From an uncultured Clostridia bacterium (GTDB taxonomy: Bacteria; Bacillota; Clostridia; Oscillospirales; CAG-272), in assembly GCA_944391805.1 (NCBI GenBank), contig CALXUY010000081.1, positions 5,914 through 69,913 of the forward strand: a DNA stretch of 64,000 nucleotides, given 5' to 3'. Positions 19,863 to 29,324 of the stretch are shown one piece after another. The notes beneath the pieces are model-generated. The model ran no database searches. It had not been told where the DNA came from and was given only the letters and a program-made list of their open reading frames with translations. A program made the translations under genes and the position numbers. Within the stretch, counting starts at the first letter, position 1. The number at the start of each line of letters is the position of its first letter.

Positions 19863-22052
19863 TTATTTGATCTGCCGGCTCCGCAGCCGATGTAAAATTA
19901 ACGACTTTTCGAGATTGGTTTTGGTCGTCGGAAAGATATCAAACTGAAAAATCTCCGGCTCCGGCTCGCTCACGCCGCAAATGCCGAGCTCCTGCAGAAT
20001 CCGCAGGATAAACCGGAGCTTGCTGTAGCTCATCGGCTCTCCCGCGCCGGTGCGGATCACATCCAGAAGCCGGCACAGCGAAAACCGGCTGTGGCCCGAG
20101 CGGAATTCCCGACGCAGGAAGGTATACACGGACGCCACGTCCTCGCGGCAGGGCAGAACCTTCTCGGCCGAGTCATATTCGGCTCCGGCGCACAGCGCCT
20201 CATAGCGCCGCTGCTGCTGCTCGTACCGTTCCCGTGTGGCACGGGAGGGCATGGCGTCCTGCACGATCAACTGCAGGCTGACCCTGCCCTGAAATTCATT
20301 GATTCCGAGCTGAAACAGCAGGTCAACCGTATCTCCCGCCTCAAACGGCAGGCAGTCCGGATTCTGGCCGAACCAAACGGCCGTGACCGCCCGTCCGTCC
20401 TTCTCCAGCGTCATGCGGATGTGCTTCCCTCCCCCCATCGGTACCACGCGAAGCAGCGTGGTATCCCGCAAAAGGAAGCAGGGCACGGGATTGGAAACAC
20501 CGAACGGCTCGAGCCGCCCCAGCTCCTCGGCAAGAGACAGGGTCAGATCGCGCACCTCCACCTCGCAATCGGCCTCCATACAGACAGACAGCATCCCGTC
20601 GGTCAACCGCTCGGCGGCATAGGCATTGATCTGCCGGCGGAAGTCCTCCACATCTCCGCGGCGAATGCTGAGTCCTGCCGCCAGCTCATGTCCCCCAAAG
20701 CGCACGAGAAGCCCGCCGCAGGCCGAAAGCGCCTCCACAAGGTTCAGGCCCCGGATGCTTCTGCCGGAGCCCTTACCCACGTCGTCGGGGGACGGAGCAC
20801 CGTTTGCCTCCTGCTCTCCGCGGCCGTAGGAAATCAGAATCGAGGGCAGACCGTACCGCTCGGTGATGCGGGAGGAGACAATTCCAATCACGCCCTGGTG
20901 CCAGCTATCGTCGTCCAGCACCAGCACATATCCCCGCTCGGAAGCGGGCATCTGATCGATTTTGCGGTAGGCTTCCTGGGAGATGCGGTTTTCCTCGGCC
21001 TGCCGCTCGCTGTTGAGCGCGCAGAGCTGAGCGGCCAGCTCCTCGGCACGCGCCTTTGTACCTGCCAGCAGCAGCTCCACGGCGATGGACGCGCGGCTGA
21101 CCCTCCCGGCTGCATTCATACGCGGCGCCAGCACATAGCCGATATAGGTAGAGGTGATTTTGGGAAGCGTCCGCCCCTTTCCCGAAGCGGCGCAGGCCAA
21201 TTCCCGCAGGCCAAGCCGGCAATCGGTCTCCATCCGCCGCAGGCCGAGAGAGATCATCAGCCGGTTTTCGTCGGTCACCGGCATCACGTCGGCAATGGTG
21301 CCCAGCGCAACCAGATCAGCATAGCTCCGGCAGACCTCCCGCACGCCGTCCAGCTCGGAGCGCCCCATCCGGCGGCACTGGGTCATTTCAAATGCACACA
21401 CCAGCTTGAACACCACGCCCACGCCGGCCAGCTCCGTGAAGGGATAGCGCTCGCCCGGGCGGTGCGGGTTGATGACCGCACAGGCCGCGGGAAGCACCTC
21501 GAGGCATTCGTGATGGTCGGTGATGATCATATCCATCCCCAGACCGGCGGCATACTGCACCTCGGAAACGGCGGTCACACCGGTGTCCACCGTAACAATC
21601 AGCTTCACGCCGCCCGCGTGCAGGCGATCCACCGCCGTGAGCGAAAGCCCGTAGCCCTCCGCACTGCGGCTGGGGATGTAATAGCTCACATCGGCTCCCA
21701 GTTCGTTCAGGTAGAGCCACAGCAGACTGACCGAGGTGACGCCGTCCACATCATAGTCCCCATAGATGGCGATTTTCTCCCGGCGCTCAACGGCCTGCTC
21801 CAGCCGCTCCACCGCCTGACGCATGTCCGACAGCAGAAAGGGATCGTGCAGGAAGGAGGCCTCCATGCGGAAAAAGCGAACGGCCTCCTCCGGCGTGCGA
21901 TATCCGCGCACATAGAGCAGTCGCGCAAGGATCTCGGAAACGCCAACCTCCTCCGCTATCCGGCGGATCTGTGCGTCGGCCCCGGCGTCCCCTGGGCGGT
22001 ATCGGGTCAGCCAGCGCCGGCTCCGCACCCGAGTCTCTGTATCCGACATCAT
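19863..22052 (-). CDS. recJ: Single-stranded-DNA-specific exonuclease RecJ
   Basis: DHH motifs (IAIYGDYDVDGVTS, TVDTG, ITDHH) and a DHHA1 region. The start MMSDTE at 22052 lies after a GGAGG SD. The tracked ORF carries a spurious 70-codon extension. Confidence 0.9.
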   Translation of the reverse strand: MMSDTETRVRSRRWLTRYRPGDAGADAQIRRIAEEVGVSEILARLLYVRGYRTPEEAVRFFRMEASFLHDPFLLSDMRQAVERLEQAVERREKIAIYGDYDVDGVTSVSLLWLYLNELGADVSYYIPSRSAEGYGLSLTAVDRLHAGGVKLIVTVDTGVTAVSEVQYAAGLGMDMIITDHHECLEVLPAACAVINPHRPGERYPFTELAGVGVVFKLVCAFEMTQCRRMGRSELDGVREVCRSYADLVALGTIADVMPVTDENRLMISLGLRRMETDCRLGLRELACAASGKGRTLPKITSTYIGYVLAPRMNAAGRVSRASIAVELLLAGTKARAEELAAQLCALNSERQAEENRISQEAYRKIDQMPASERGYVLVLDDDSWHQGVIGIVSSRITERYGLPSILISYGRGEQEANGAPSPDDVGKGSGRSIRGLNLVEALSACGGLLVRFGGHELAAGLSIRRGDVEDFRRQINAYAAERLTDGMLSVCMEADCEVEVRDLTLSLAEELGRLEPFGVSNPVPCFLLRDTTLLRVVPMGGGKHIRMTLEKDGRAVTAVWFGQNPDCLPFEAGDTVDLLFQLGINEFQGRVSLQLIVQDAMPSRATRERYEQQQRRYEALCAGAEYDSAEKVLPCREDVASVYTFLRREFRSGHSRFSLCRLLDVIRTGAGEPMSYSKLRFILRILQELGICGVSEPEPEIFQFDIFPTTKTNLEKSLILHRLRSRQIK

Positions 22053-22128
22053 GGATTTCCTCCTTTCCCTGAAAATTCCGACCGCCTGCATGCACAAGTG
22101 ATGAGATGCGGCCGCCACCCGGCACGAT

Positions 22129-22587
22129 TCATGCTTCGGAAGCAGACCGGTCCGTGTCACCGACAATTTCGGTGATGACGACATCGGCCCGCTTGACGCG
22201 CACCGCGCCCGAATAGATGCGCAGCCCGATAAAACTGCAGACAAACCCCGCCGCCGCGCCAACCGCCCGCCACAGCGTCCGCTCGGTGACGGCGGACGCG
22301 ATCAGCCAGCCGAGAAAACAGATCAGAAGCGGCAGCAGAAAGACCAGCGCGGCGTCGAGCAGGACCCGGGAGGAGGCACTCTCAATGACAACCTTATCTC
22401 CGACCTGCGCTCCCGCCCGGTTCTCAGCACGGGCGGTCATCGGCTTCCCGCCGCCGACCAGTGAGCAGACCGCGCAGCCCTTTTCCCCATCCGCCATTTT
22501 GTGGCAGCCCTCACAGGCAGAGGTGCGCACGGCCTGTACGGTTGCAAACGGCCCGTTGACCGATACGACGGTTGCGGTGGTTTTCAT
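22129..22587 (-). CDS. RseC/MucC-family small membrane protein (SoxR-reducing system component-like)
   Basis: 152 aa with N-terminal Cys motifs (ACEGCHKMADGEKGCAVCS) followed by two transmembrane helices. This architecture is typical of the RseC family. Confidence 0.55.
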   Translation of the reverse strand: MKTTATVVSVNGPFATVQAVRTSACEGCHKMADGEKGCAVCSLVGGGKPMTARAENRAGAQVGDKVVIESASSRVLLDAALVFLLPLLICFLGWLIASAVTERTLWRAVGAAAGFVCSFIGLRIYSGAVRVKRADVVITEIVGDTDRSASEA

Positions 22588-22634
22588 ATCAGCTCCTCCT
22601 TTCCTGAAATGTTCAGATAAGATGCGGTATGGAA

Positions 22635-24266
22635 TCAGGCCTCCGGCGCAAAGCGGGACATCAATGCCTGTGCAATCCGGATACCGTCCACCGCGGCGCT
22701 GGTGATGCCGCCGGCGTATCCGGCGCCCTCACCGCAAGGGTAAACGCGGTCGTGCCCGGCGGCCGTATAGCGCTCGGGACACCGAAGGATCCGCAGCGGC
22801 GCCGAGGTGCGCGTTTCGGCAGCGGTGAGCAGCGCGTCGGGCGCGTCATAGCCCGGCAGCTTTTGGCCGAACGAATGCAGGGCGTACCGCAGCGCCTCGG
22901 CAATGGGCGCGGGATACAGCGCGGCAAGATCCGCAAGCCGCACCTGCCCTTCCCGATAACTCGGCTGCACCCGGCCTGGCTCGCTCCCCGAACGGCCTCC
23001 CAGAAAATCCCCAACTGTCATCACCGGCGCGCAGTAATCCGCTCCGCCGGTGCGGAAGGCAGCCTGTTCAATCCCTCGCTGAAAAGCGATTGCCCCCAGC
23101 GCCAAGCTGCCGTTGACCGGCTCATAGTCGGAAACGCCCACCGACGCCAAAACCGCCGCATTGGCGTTTCTGCCGTCCCGCGCATGGTTGCTCATGCCGT
23201 TGACAACCAGCCCGCCCTGCTCGGAGGCCGCCGCAACCACCTCCCCGCCCGGGCACATGCAAAAGGTGTAAACGCCGCGTGCCCGGCTGGTGTCGGAAAG
23301 CTGGTATTCCGCATGTCCAAGCCGCGGATGACCGGCATACGCGCCGTACAGCGCCGCGTCAATGTCGGACTGCAGGTGCTCTGCGCGAAAGCCGACCGAG
23401 ATCGGCTTTGGCTCGACGGCATAGTTTTTTTCGAGCAGCCGCACATAGGTATCCCGCGCGCTGTGCCCGACAGCCAGAATCAGCGCGCCGGCCTGCAGCT
23501 CGCCGCGGGTGGTTCTGACCGACAGCGTACCGTCCGGCCGCTCGGTAAAATCAGTCATCCTGCAGCGGTACAACAGTCGGCCGCCCAGCCGTTCGATTTC
23601 CTCCAGCAGATCGGACACCACCACCCGGAGCAGATCGGTGCCGATGTGCGGCTTGGCAAGCGTCAGAATCTCCTCGGGAGCGCCGAACTGCCGCAGCGTC
23701 CGGAGGACAAGCTGACAGCGGGGGTCGTGGATGCGGGTTACGAGCTTGCCGTCCGAAAAGGTACCCGCGCCTCCGGCGCCGAACTGGATATTGCACTCGG
23801 GATCAAGCCGTCCGTCTCTCCGGAAGCGCTCCACAGCCGCCGTCCGGTCCGCAATATCCCCGCCGCGGTCGATCACAACCGGAGCGTACCCGTTTTGCGC
23901 CAGCAGCAATGCGGCGAACATTCCGGCAGGTCCCATCCCCACCACCAAAGGCGGCGCGCCGAGCCGCTGTGTCCCGCGGGGGGCGTCGGTCTCCGGTTCG
24001 GGCAGCAGGCGGAGGTTCAGCTTCCGGCAGACCGCCTCGGGCAATGCGTCCGCAGCCTCCAGAAGTACGGTACAGACCAGCCGGATGCGTTCCCGCCGGC
24101 GCGCGTCCACCGACTGTTTATAAAGCCGAAAATGAAGCGACTGCGGAGAAATCCCCGCGCGCTTCATTCGGTCAGACGCCAGCTTCAAAATTTCTCCGTC
24201 GCTTGCTTCGGGCGGGACGCTCAGGCCGCCGAGCAGATAGCGATACCGATCGGTGTGCGGCTTCAT
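22635..24266 (-). CDS. FAD-dependent oxidoreductase (COG2509-like NAD(FAD)-utilizing dehydrogenase)
   Basis: Rossmann motif VVGMGPAGMFAALLLAQNGYAPVVIDRG. The start MKPHTDRY at 24266 overlaps the upstream stop as ATGA. Confidence 0.7.
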   Translation of the reverse strand: MKPHTDRYRYLLGGLSVPPEASDGEILKLASDRMKRAGISPQSLHFRLYKQSVDARRRERIRLVCTVLLEAADALPEAVCRKLNLRLLPEPETDAPRGTQRLGAPPLVVGMGPAGMFAALLLAQNGYAPVVIDRGGDIADRTAAVERFRRDGRLDPECNIQFGAGGAGTFSDGKLVTRIHDPRCQLVLRTLRQFGAPEEILTLAKPHIGTDLLRVVVSDLLEEIERLGGRLLYRCRMTDFTERPDGTLSVRTTRGELQAGALILAVGHSARDTYVRLLEKNYAVEPKPISVGFRAEHLQSDIDAALYGAYAGHPRLGHAEYQLSDTSRARGVYTFCMCPGGEVVAAASEQGGLVVNGMSNHARDGRNANAAVLASVGVSDYEPVNGSLALGAIAFQRGIEQAAFRTGGADYCAPVMTVGDFLGGRSGSEPGRVQPSYREGQVRLADLAALYPAPIAEALRYALHSFGQKLPGYDAPDALLTAAETRTSAPLRILRCPERYTAAGHDRVYPCGEGAGYAGGITSAAVDGIRIAQALMSRFAPEA

Positions 24267-24469
24267 TCGACAGATGCTTCCCACGTGATATCGTCCATTG
24301 CATCCGGATCCTCGTTCCGGTTCTCCCGGTTCAGATTTACCACCGTCAGCCAGATCAGAACCGCCAGCAGCAGGCACAGCAGCCGCGTGATGATCCGGGT
24401 CCGGCGGAGCCATCCGCCAACCCCCTCCTTCGGGGCGGTCATGCGCCCGATGATATTTTTCTTTTTCAT
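24263..24469 (-). CDS. 68 aa single-pass membrane protein resembling only the N-terminal anchor of CdaR/YbbR
   Basis: The sequence is MKKKNIIGRMTAPKEGVGGWLRRTRIITRLLCLLLAVLIWLTVVNLNRENRNEDPD.... A basic stretch, a transmembrane helix and a V-N motif resemble the CdaR N-terminus. The gene sits where cdaR normally follows cdaA. No YbbR domain is present. Confidence 0.45.
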   Translation of the reverse strand: MKKKNIIGRMTAPKEGVGGWLRRTRIITRLLCLLLAVLIWLTVVNLNRENRNEDPDAMDDITWEASVE

Positions 24470-24647
24470 GTTCCGTCACCCCCGAGCTCATTCATTGAAA
24501 ATCACGCGGCCGCACATTCATAAGCGCCGCTGCGGGTACAAGCCTCGCTTCCCTCCGGATTACACCGTTCCGCAGACCGACAGGTGAAACCGGCATTCCC
24601 GCCGCCGGACGGCTTCCGCATCTCAAGCGCCGCAGCAATGCGGCGTC

Positions 24648-25685
24648 TCAATCGGAGCCGCTCTCCGAATCCTCACCGGTGGGCGCTCTGTCAGCGCCCG
24701 GGTCGGCGTCCGGCTCCTCTGCGGGAGGTGCCGACGCGGTCTTTGGCTTCGGAGCAGCCGCGACGCTGAACTGATTGATGTTGACGGCTGCCTTGTCCGC
24801 CAGCGCAGACGCGGCCTTTGCGGCCTTTGCCTCCTGCCGCTTGGTTCGCAGATAGAGGCTGCCGGCCAGAAAGGTCATCAGAATGTCCCGCAGGGTTTCC
24901 CTGTCCACTCCGCGCAGCAGCTTGCCGTCCTGCGCCACCGATATGATTCCGGTCTGCTCCGAAACCACCACAACCAGCGCGTCGCTGACCTCGCTGATAC
25001 CGACCGCCGCACGATGGCGGGTACCCATATTGCCAAAATCCATCTGACTGTTGGTGGAGGGCAGCACGCAGCTCGCACCCCAGATGCGCATATTCCGGAT
25101 GATGACCGCCCCATCGTGCAGCGGGGCCTTGTCGTAAAAAATATTCTGCAGCAGATGGGAGGTGACGCGCGCATCCACAATTTTTCCGCTCTCCAGACTG
25201 TCGCCCAGGCGAGTCAGCCCCTCAAACACAATCAGCGCTCCGGTGCAGGAATCCGACATGTGAATCACCGCATCTACCGTTTCATCCGCAACCTGTCTGG
25301 CGGCAGGAAGCTGCTTGCGCGGGAGGGTATCGCTCCGGGGAGAAACCAGGCGCGAGTTTCCGATGCGCTCCAGGCCGTCCCGAATCTCGGGCTGAAAAAT
25401 CAGAATGATGCAGAAAAAGGCAACCGATGCGCAGAGCCGGATGATATAGGTCAGCGCCGGCAGCTCCAGAAGCGTGATCAGCAGGCTGGAAAGCAGCACA
25501 ACGACCAGGCCCACAAGCACCCTTCCCGCGCGCCGGTTTCTGGAAAACCGGATAATTTCAAACAGAATGACCGCAAGAATGAGGATATCCGCAGCATCCT
25601 TCCACCCGAAATGCGCAAAGGGCTCCACGACATACCGCTCAAAAAAAGCACACACACTGTTCCACCAGCCCAGCAAAAGCTCCAT
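24648..25685 (-). CDS. cdaA: Diadenylate cyclase CdaA (membrane-anchored DAC domain) with an extended Ala/Pro/acidic C-terminal tail
   Basis: Three N-terminal transmembrane helices. DAC domain motifs are present: GALIVFEG, HDGAVII, GTRHRAA and VVVVSEQTGIISVA. An extra C-terminal tail of about 70 aa follows. Confidence 0.9.
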   Translation of the reverse strand: MELLLGWWNSVCAFFERYVVEPFAHFGWKDAADILILAVILFEIIRFSRNRRAGRVLVGLVVVLLSSLLITLLELPALTYIIRLCASVAFFCIILIFQPEIRDGLERIGNSRLVSPRSDTLPRKQLPAARQVADETVDAVIHMSDSCTGALIVFEGLTRLGDSLESGKIVDARVTSHLLQNIFYDKAPLHDGAVIIRNMRIWGASCVLPSTNSQMDFGNMGTRHRAAVGISEVSDALVVVVSEQTGIISVAQDGKLLRGVDRETLRDILMTFLAGSLYLRTKRQEAKAAKAASALADKAAVNINQFSVAAAPKPKTASAPPAEEPDADPGADRAPTGEDSESGSD

Positions 25686-25878
25686 GCAAACCGCCTCCGA
25701 TCGTCACAGGAATTCCGACCACACAAGTATATATTATTATAGCATATTCCGAAAAAAAAACCAATAGGTTTTTCAAAAAAAATGAAAAAATCCAGCGGTT
25801 TTTGTGCGGCGAAGAAAGAGCGCAGAGCGCCATACTGCAAAATATGATAAAAAAGCCGATCAAATTTGAAAATTGCTA

Positions 25879-25907
25879 TTGACAAATGGCGTATCTTTGT
25901 ATAAAAT
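25879..25907 (+). promoter_or_regulatory. Sigma-A type promoter
   Basis: TTGACA (25879-25884), a 17 nt spacer and TAAAAT (25902-25907), upstream of the lipoprotein gene. Confidence 0.55.
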
Positions 25908-25941
25908 ATTACCATACTGAAAAAACAGGAGGTATGCTACC

Positions 25942-27579
25942 ATGAAAATCACAAAATGGCTCCCGTTTCTTGCCGCGCTGCTTTGCCTGACGCTACTGTT
26001 CACCGCATGTCAGGAGGCCGGCAATCCGTCCGATTCCACTGGAAATTCCCAAACACCTTCCACCCCTTCCACACCGGAGGACAACCGCGATACCGACGCC
26101 GAAAAGGCCGTTGTACTGGACTGGCTCACAGACTGGGCAGGCCTGATAGAAGAAGCCGGCTCCGCCGATTCTTCCAAAATCATCGAGGACACGCTGGAGG
26201 GGTTGGAATTCGGGCTCGGTCAGCTCAAGGTTGACATGGGTACCGGAGAGGCCGTTATGCTGGAGTCGGCCCGACTGCAGGATATGAAGCTGGAGCTTGT
26301 GCTTCCGGGCGCGGATCCCTTCTACATGCTGATCTCCCCCGAAGGCGAAATGCTGGCGCTGGAGCCGGGAACGGCCGCCGGCGAATATCTGACGGAAATT
26401 CTCTCGATGCTGGAGCTCACAGGCAGAATGAATGCCGAAAATCCGACGCCGGAGAACGAAATGCCAGACCCCGTGCAGACGGAAACCGATCAAACGGAGC
26501 TGCCGGAAACCGTGCTGCCGGATACCGAGTATCCGCCGCTGAAGCTGCCGGAGATCGAGCTGCCGACTGCCGATCAACTGATTCACGAGGGGAACGGCGT
26601 TTATGCCATTTCCGATGACTATTATGCCGCTTTGATCGACCAGCTTGTGGAACAGCTCGCCGTGCTGATGGGCGCGACCAGCGCCACCGAGATCCGTGCC
26701 GTGAAGGCGATGATTGAAAGCTATTTTGAAGATCTGAATCTGCGCATTGCCTTTGCGGTGGCAGACGGCGCGGTGACCGAGCTGCAGCTATCGGTACAGC
26801 CGGAGGATACGCTGCTGCCGGAAATTTTCGAGATGGCAGGCATACCTGCCGAGGAAGACAGAGTCCATCTCTCTCTCGACGTCAAGCTGGGCGTTACCGA
26901 CCACAGCTTTACCGCCTGCGACATGGCATTCAGCTTCTGCATCCCGACCGGCACAGTGAAATCCGGAAGCGGCTCCTACACCGAATATATAGAAGCAGAT
27001 ATGGAATTTTCCTGCGATGACAATCTGCTCACCGAAGAAAATGCGGAAATCCTTGCGCTTTCCTGCAATATGACACGTATGGTTTGCTACTATACGGCCG
27101 ATCAAGAGCCGTTGGACGACCAGACCGAAACAGAGTCCCTCGGCATTGCCCTGACAATAACCTCCACCGATACACCGCTGCAGTTCTTGCTGGAGGCCGA
27201 CATACAGGCTCCCACCGGCGAAACTATGCGGGCAAGCGTTGAGATGCTGCTGAACGACGGCCAGCCGGACGTCACGCTGCCCGATGCCGCACAGGAAAAG
27301 GTAACTGCTTTTTATAGTGATTATGTTCCGAACCGCACCGAAATCTGGGGAGTGATCTCGGAGCTGCCCTACTATGATGAGGTGCAACAGCTTGCACAGG
27401 AAATGGAGCCGGAAACCGACATCCTTCTCTGCTGGTTCGAGGACTATGGTGTTTACGCCGTTTTTTACACCGATGATTACAACGAGCTGTATTTTGACAG
27501 TCTGTCCTTCGAGCCGAGTCCTGACGCAAAGTATGTGCTGAACGTATCCGACGGCGCAATTACGCTTGCGGGGCAGTAA
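25942..27579 (+). CDS. Acidic lipoprotein of unknown function
   Basis: Signal peptide with the lipobox LFTAC. 545 aa, rich in Asp/Glu. No family was recognised. Confidence 0.65.
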   Translation: MKITKWLPFLAALLCLTLLFTACQEAGNPSDSTGNSQTPSTPSTPEDNRDTDAEKAVVLDWLTDWAGLIEEAGSADSSKIIEDTLEGLEFGLGQLKVDMGTGEAVMLESARLQDMKLELVLPGADPFYMLISPEGEMLALEPGTAAGEYLTEILSMLELTGRMNAENPTPENEMPDPVQTETDQTELPETVLPDTEYPPLKLPEIELPTADQLIHEGNGVYAISDDYYAALIDQLVEQLAVLMGATSATEIRAVKAMIESYFEDLNLRIAFAVADGAVTELQLSVQPEDTLLPEIFEMAGIPAEEDRVHLSLDVKLGVTDHSFTACDMAFSFCIPTGTVKSGSGSYTEYIEADMEFSCDDNLLTEENAEILALSCNMTRMVCYYTADQEPLDDQTETESLGIALTITSTDTPLQFLLEADIQAPTGETMRASVEMLLNDGQPDVTLPDAAQEKVTAFYSDYVPNRTEIWGVISELPYYDEVQQLAQEMEPETDILLCWFEDYGVYAVFYTDDYNELYFDSLSFEPSPDAKYVLNVSDGAITLAGQ

Positions 27580-27633
27580 TTACAGACTGCCGCACAACGC
27601 CTCATCACTGTTTGCGCGGAGGCGCGCGGAATG

Positions 27634-27682
27634 AAACCCCGGGGGCGGGCAATCCGTTTTGGATTGCCCGCCCCCGGGGTTT
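27634..27682. terminator. Bidirectional intrinsic terminator between convergent genes
   Basis: AAACCCCGGGGGCGGGCAATCC pairs with GGATTGCCCGCCCCCGGGGTTT (about 19-22 bp stem) and is flanked by A/T runs. Confidence 0.75.
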
Positions 27683-27696
27683 CCCGGTTGAGGCGT

Positions 27697-29160
27697 TTAT
27701 TGCTTCGGGCGATAGACGCCGCGCGATTTGAGCATGTCGTTTTTGATGTTCCAGAGCTTTTCCGAAAGATCGACGTAATAGTTATGCGGGTTGCTGAAGC
27801 GCCGCACCTCGTCCCAGATCCCCTCCAGCTCCTCCTGGCAATGCCGGCGAATGCTGTCCAGCTCGGGCAGAGCATACACCTGCCTGCCCCCCCGGAACAC
27901 CGGAACCAAAAGCTCTGTGGCCGTAAAGTTTTCCATCCATTTGCGCTTCCATGTGTATTCGGGGTCGAAAATCTCAAGCGGCTTGGTGTCGTCCACCGTC
28001 TCGTCCCATACGCAGATCAGGTCGGCCTCGGCCTTTCCCGTATCCCGTCCGCGCAGACGGTACACCTTTTTGAAATGCGGCGTGGTGATTTTTCCCACAT
28101 TCTCACTGATCTTGATCTTCGGCCGGATATTTCCCTGTTCGTCCTCCACGGCCGCCAGCTTATACACCCCGCCGAACACCGGGTCGCTCTTGGCGGTAAT
28201 CAGACGCTCGCCCACGCCAAAGCCGTCAATCTCCGCGCCCTGGCGGAGCAGCTCGCGGATCAGGTACTCGTCCATCGAGTTGGAAACCACAATTTTGCAC
28301 TCGTTCCAGCCCGCGTCGTCCAGCATTCTGCGCACCTTCTTGGTCAGATAGGTGATGTCCCCCGAATCGATGCGGATGCCGCATTTGCGGATGCCCCGGG
28401 GCGCCAGCACCTCGTTGAAGGCCCGGATGGCGTTCGGAATGCCCGATTCGATGACGTTGTAGGTGTCCACCAGCAGGGTGGCATTATTGGGGTAGACCTC
28501 ACAGTAGGCGCGGAAGGCCTCATACTCGGAATCGAACATCTGCACCCAGGAGTGCGCCATGGTTCCGGTGGCCGGAACTCCAAAGGCCTGATCGGTGATC
28601 GTGCACGCGGTCGCGCTGCATCCCCCGATATACGCGGCGCGCGCCCCAAGCATGGCCGCGTCGGCCCCCTGTGCCCGGCGGGAGCCGAACTCGCTGATCG
28701 CTCTGCCCTTGGCCGCGCGGGCAATGCGGGCTGCCTTGGTGGCGATGAGCGACTGGTGATTGATCATCATCAGCACATAGGTCTCGATGAACTGCGCTTC
28801 CACGGCCCGCCCCCTCACAATCATCAGCGGCTCGCCGGGAAAGACCACGGTGCCCTCCGGCACTGCCCAGATGTCGCCCTCAAAGCGGAAATCCCGCAGG
28901 AATGCGAGAAACTCCTCCGAAAAGCACTCCTTGCTGCGCAGATAGGCGATGTCCTGCTCGGTGAAATGAAGCTGATTGATATACTCCACAATCTGCTCCA
29001 GCCCGGCCACAATGGCAAAGCCTCCGTTGTCGGGATTCTGCCGGTAAAACACGTCGAAATAGACGATTTTATCCTTCATCCCCTTCACAAAATACCCGTT
29101 GCCCATGGTCAGCTCGTAAAAATCGCAAAGCATGGTCAGGTTTCTGGACAAATCCTTCAT
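27697..29160 (-). CDS. pncB: Nicotinate phosphoribosyltransferase
   Basis: 487 aa. The N-terminus LTMLCDFYELTMGNGYF and overall conservation are typical of PncB. Confidence 0.9.
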   Translation of the reverse strand: MKDLSRNLTMLCDFYELTMGNGYFVKGMKDKIVYFDVFYRQNPDNGGFAIVAGLEQIVEYINQLHFTEQDIAYLRSKECFSEEFLAFLRDFRFEGDIWAVPEGTVVFPGEPLMIVRGRAVEAQFIETYVLMMINHQSLIATKAARIARAAKGRAISEFGSRRAQGADAAMLGARAAYIGGCSATACTITDQAFGVPATGTMAHSWVQMFDSEYEAFRAYCEVYPNNATLLVDTYNVIESGIPNAIRAFNEVLAPRGIRKCGIRIDSGDITYLTKKVRRMLDDAGWNECKIVVSNSMDEYLIRELLRQGAEIDGFGVGERLITAKSDPVFGGVYKLAAVEDEQGNIRPKIKISENVGKITTPHFKKVYRLRGRDTGKAEADLICVWDETVDDTKPLEIFDPEYTWKRKWMENFTATELLVPVFRGGRQVYALPELDSIRRHCQEELEGIWDEVRRFSNPHNYYVDLSEKLWNIKNDMLKSRGVYRPKQ

Positions 29161-29324
29161 ACGAATATCCTCGTTTCCTCATTTGCAGTCAAGTATATCA
29201 CATTTCCTTCCAAAATGCAAGATTTCTCAAAAACTTTTCCAGAAATACTTGTTTTCTGCGGCAAATCAAGCTATAATATTGGTATCAAAAGCCAACTGCC
29301 GCAAGGTACAGAAAGGACAAACAT

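Noticed and set aside
17575-19947. 790 aa plus-strand ORF antisense to relA. Similar very long antisense ORFs include 20091-22175 (opposite recJ), 50219-52705 (opposite secA) and 54374-56512 and 57627-59516 (opposite the helicase/ATPase/TerB genes). Others are 22629-24587, 27631-29328, 31586-33325, 35212-36966, 36906-38864, 43316-44782, 45308-47290 and 11539-13101.
   Set aside because: Their translations are low-complexity and rich in Arg/Gly/Pro/His/Ala, with no recognisable motifs. Each lies exactly opposite a gene with clear family signatures. Long stop-free antisense frames are expected in GC-rich coding DNA.
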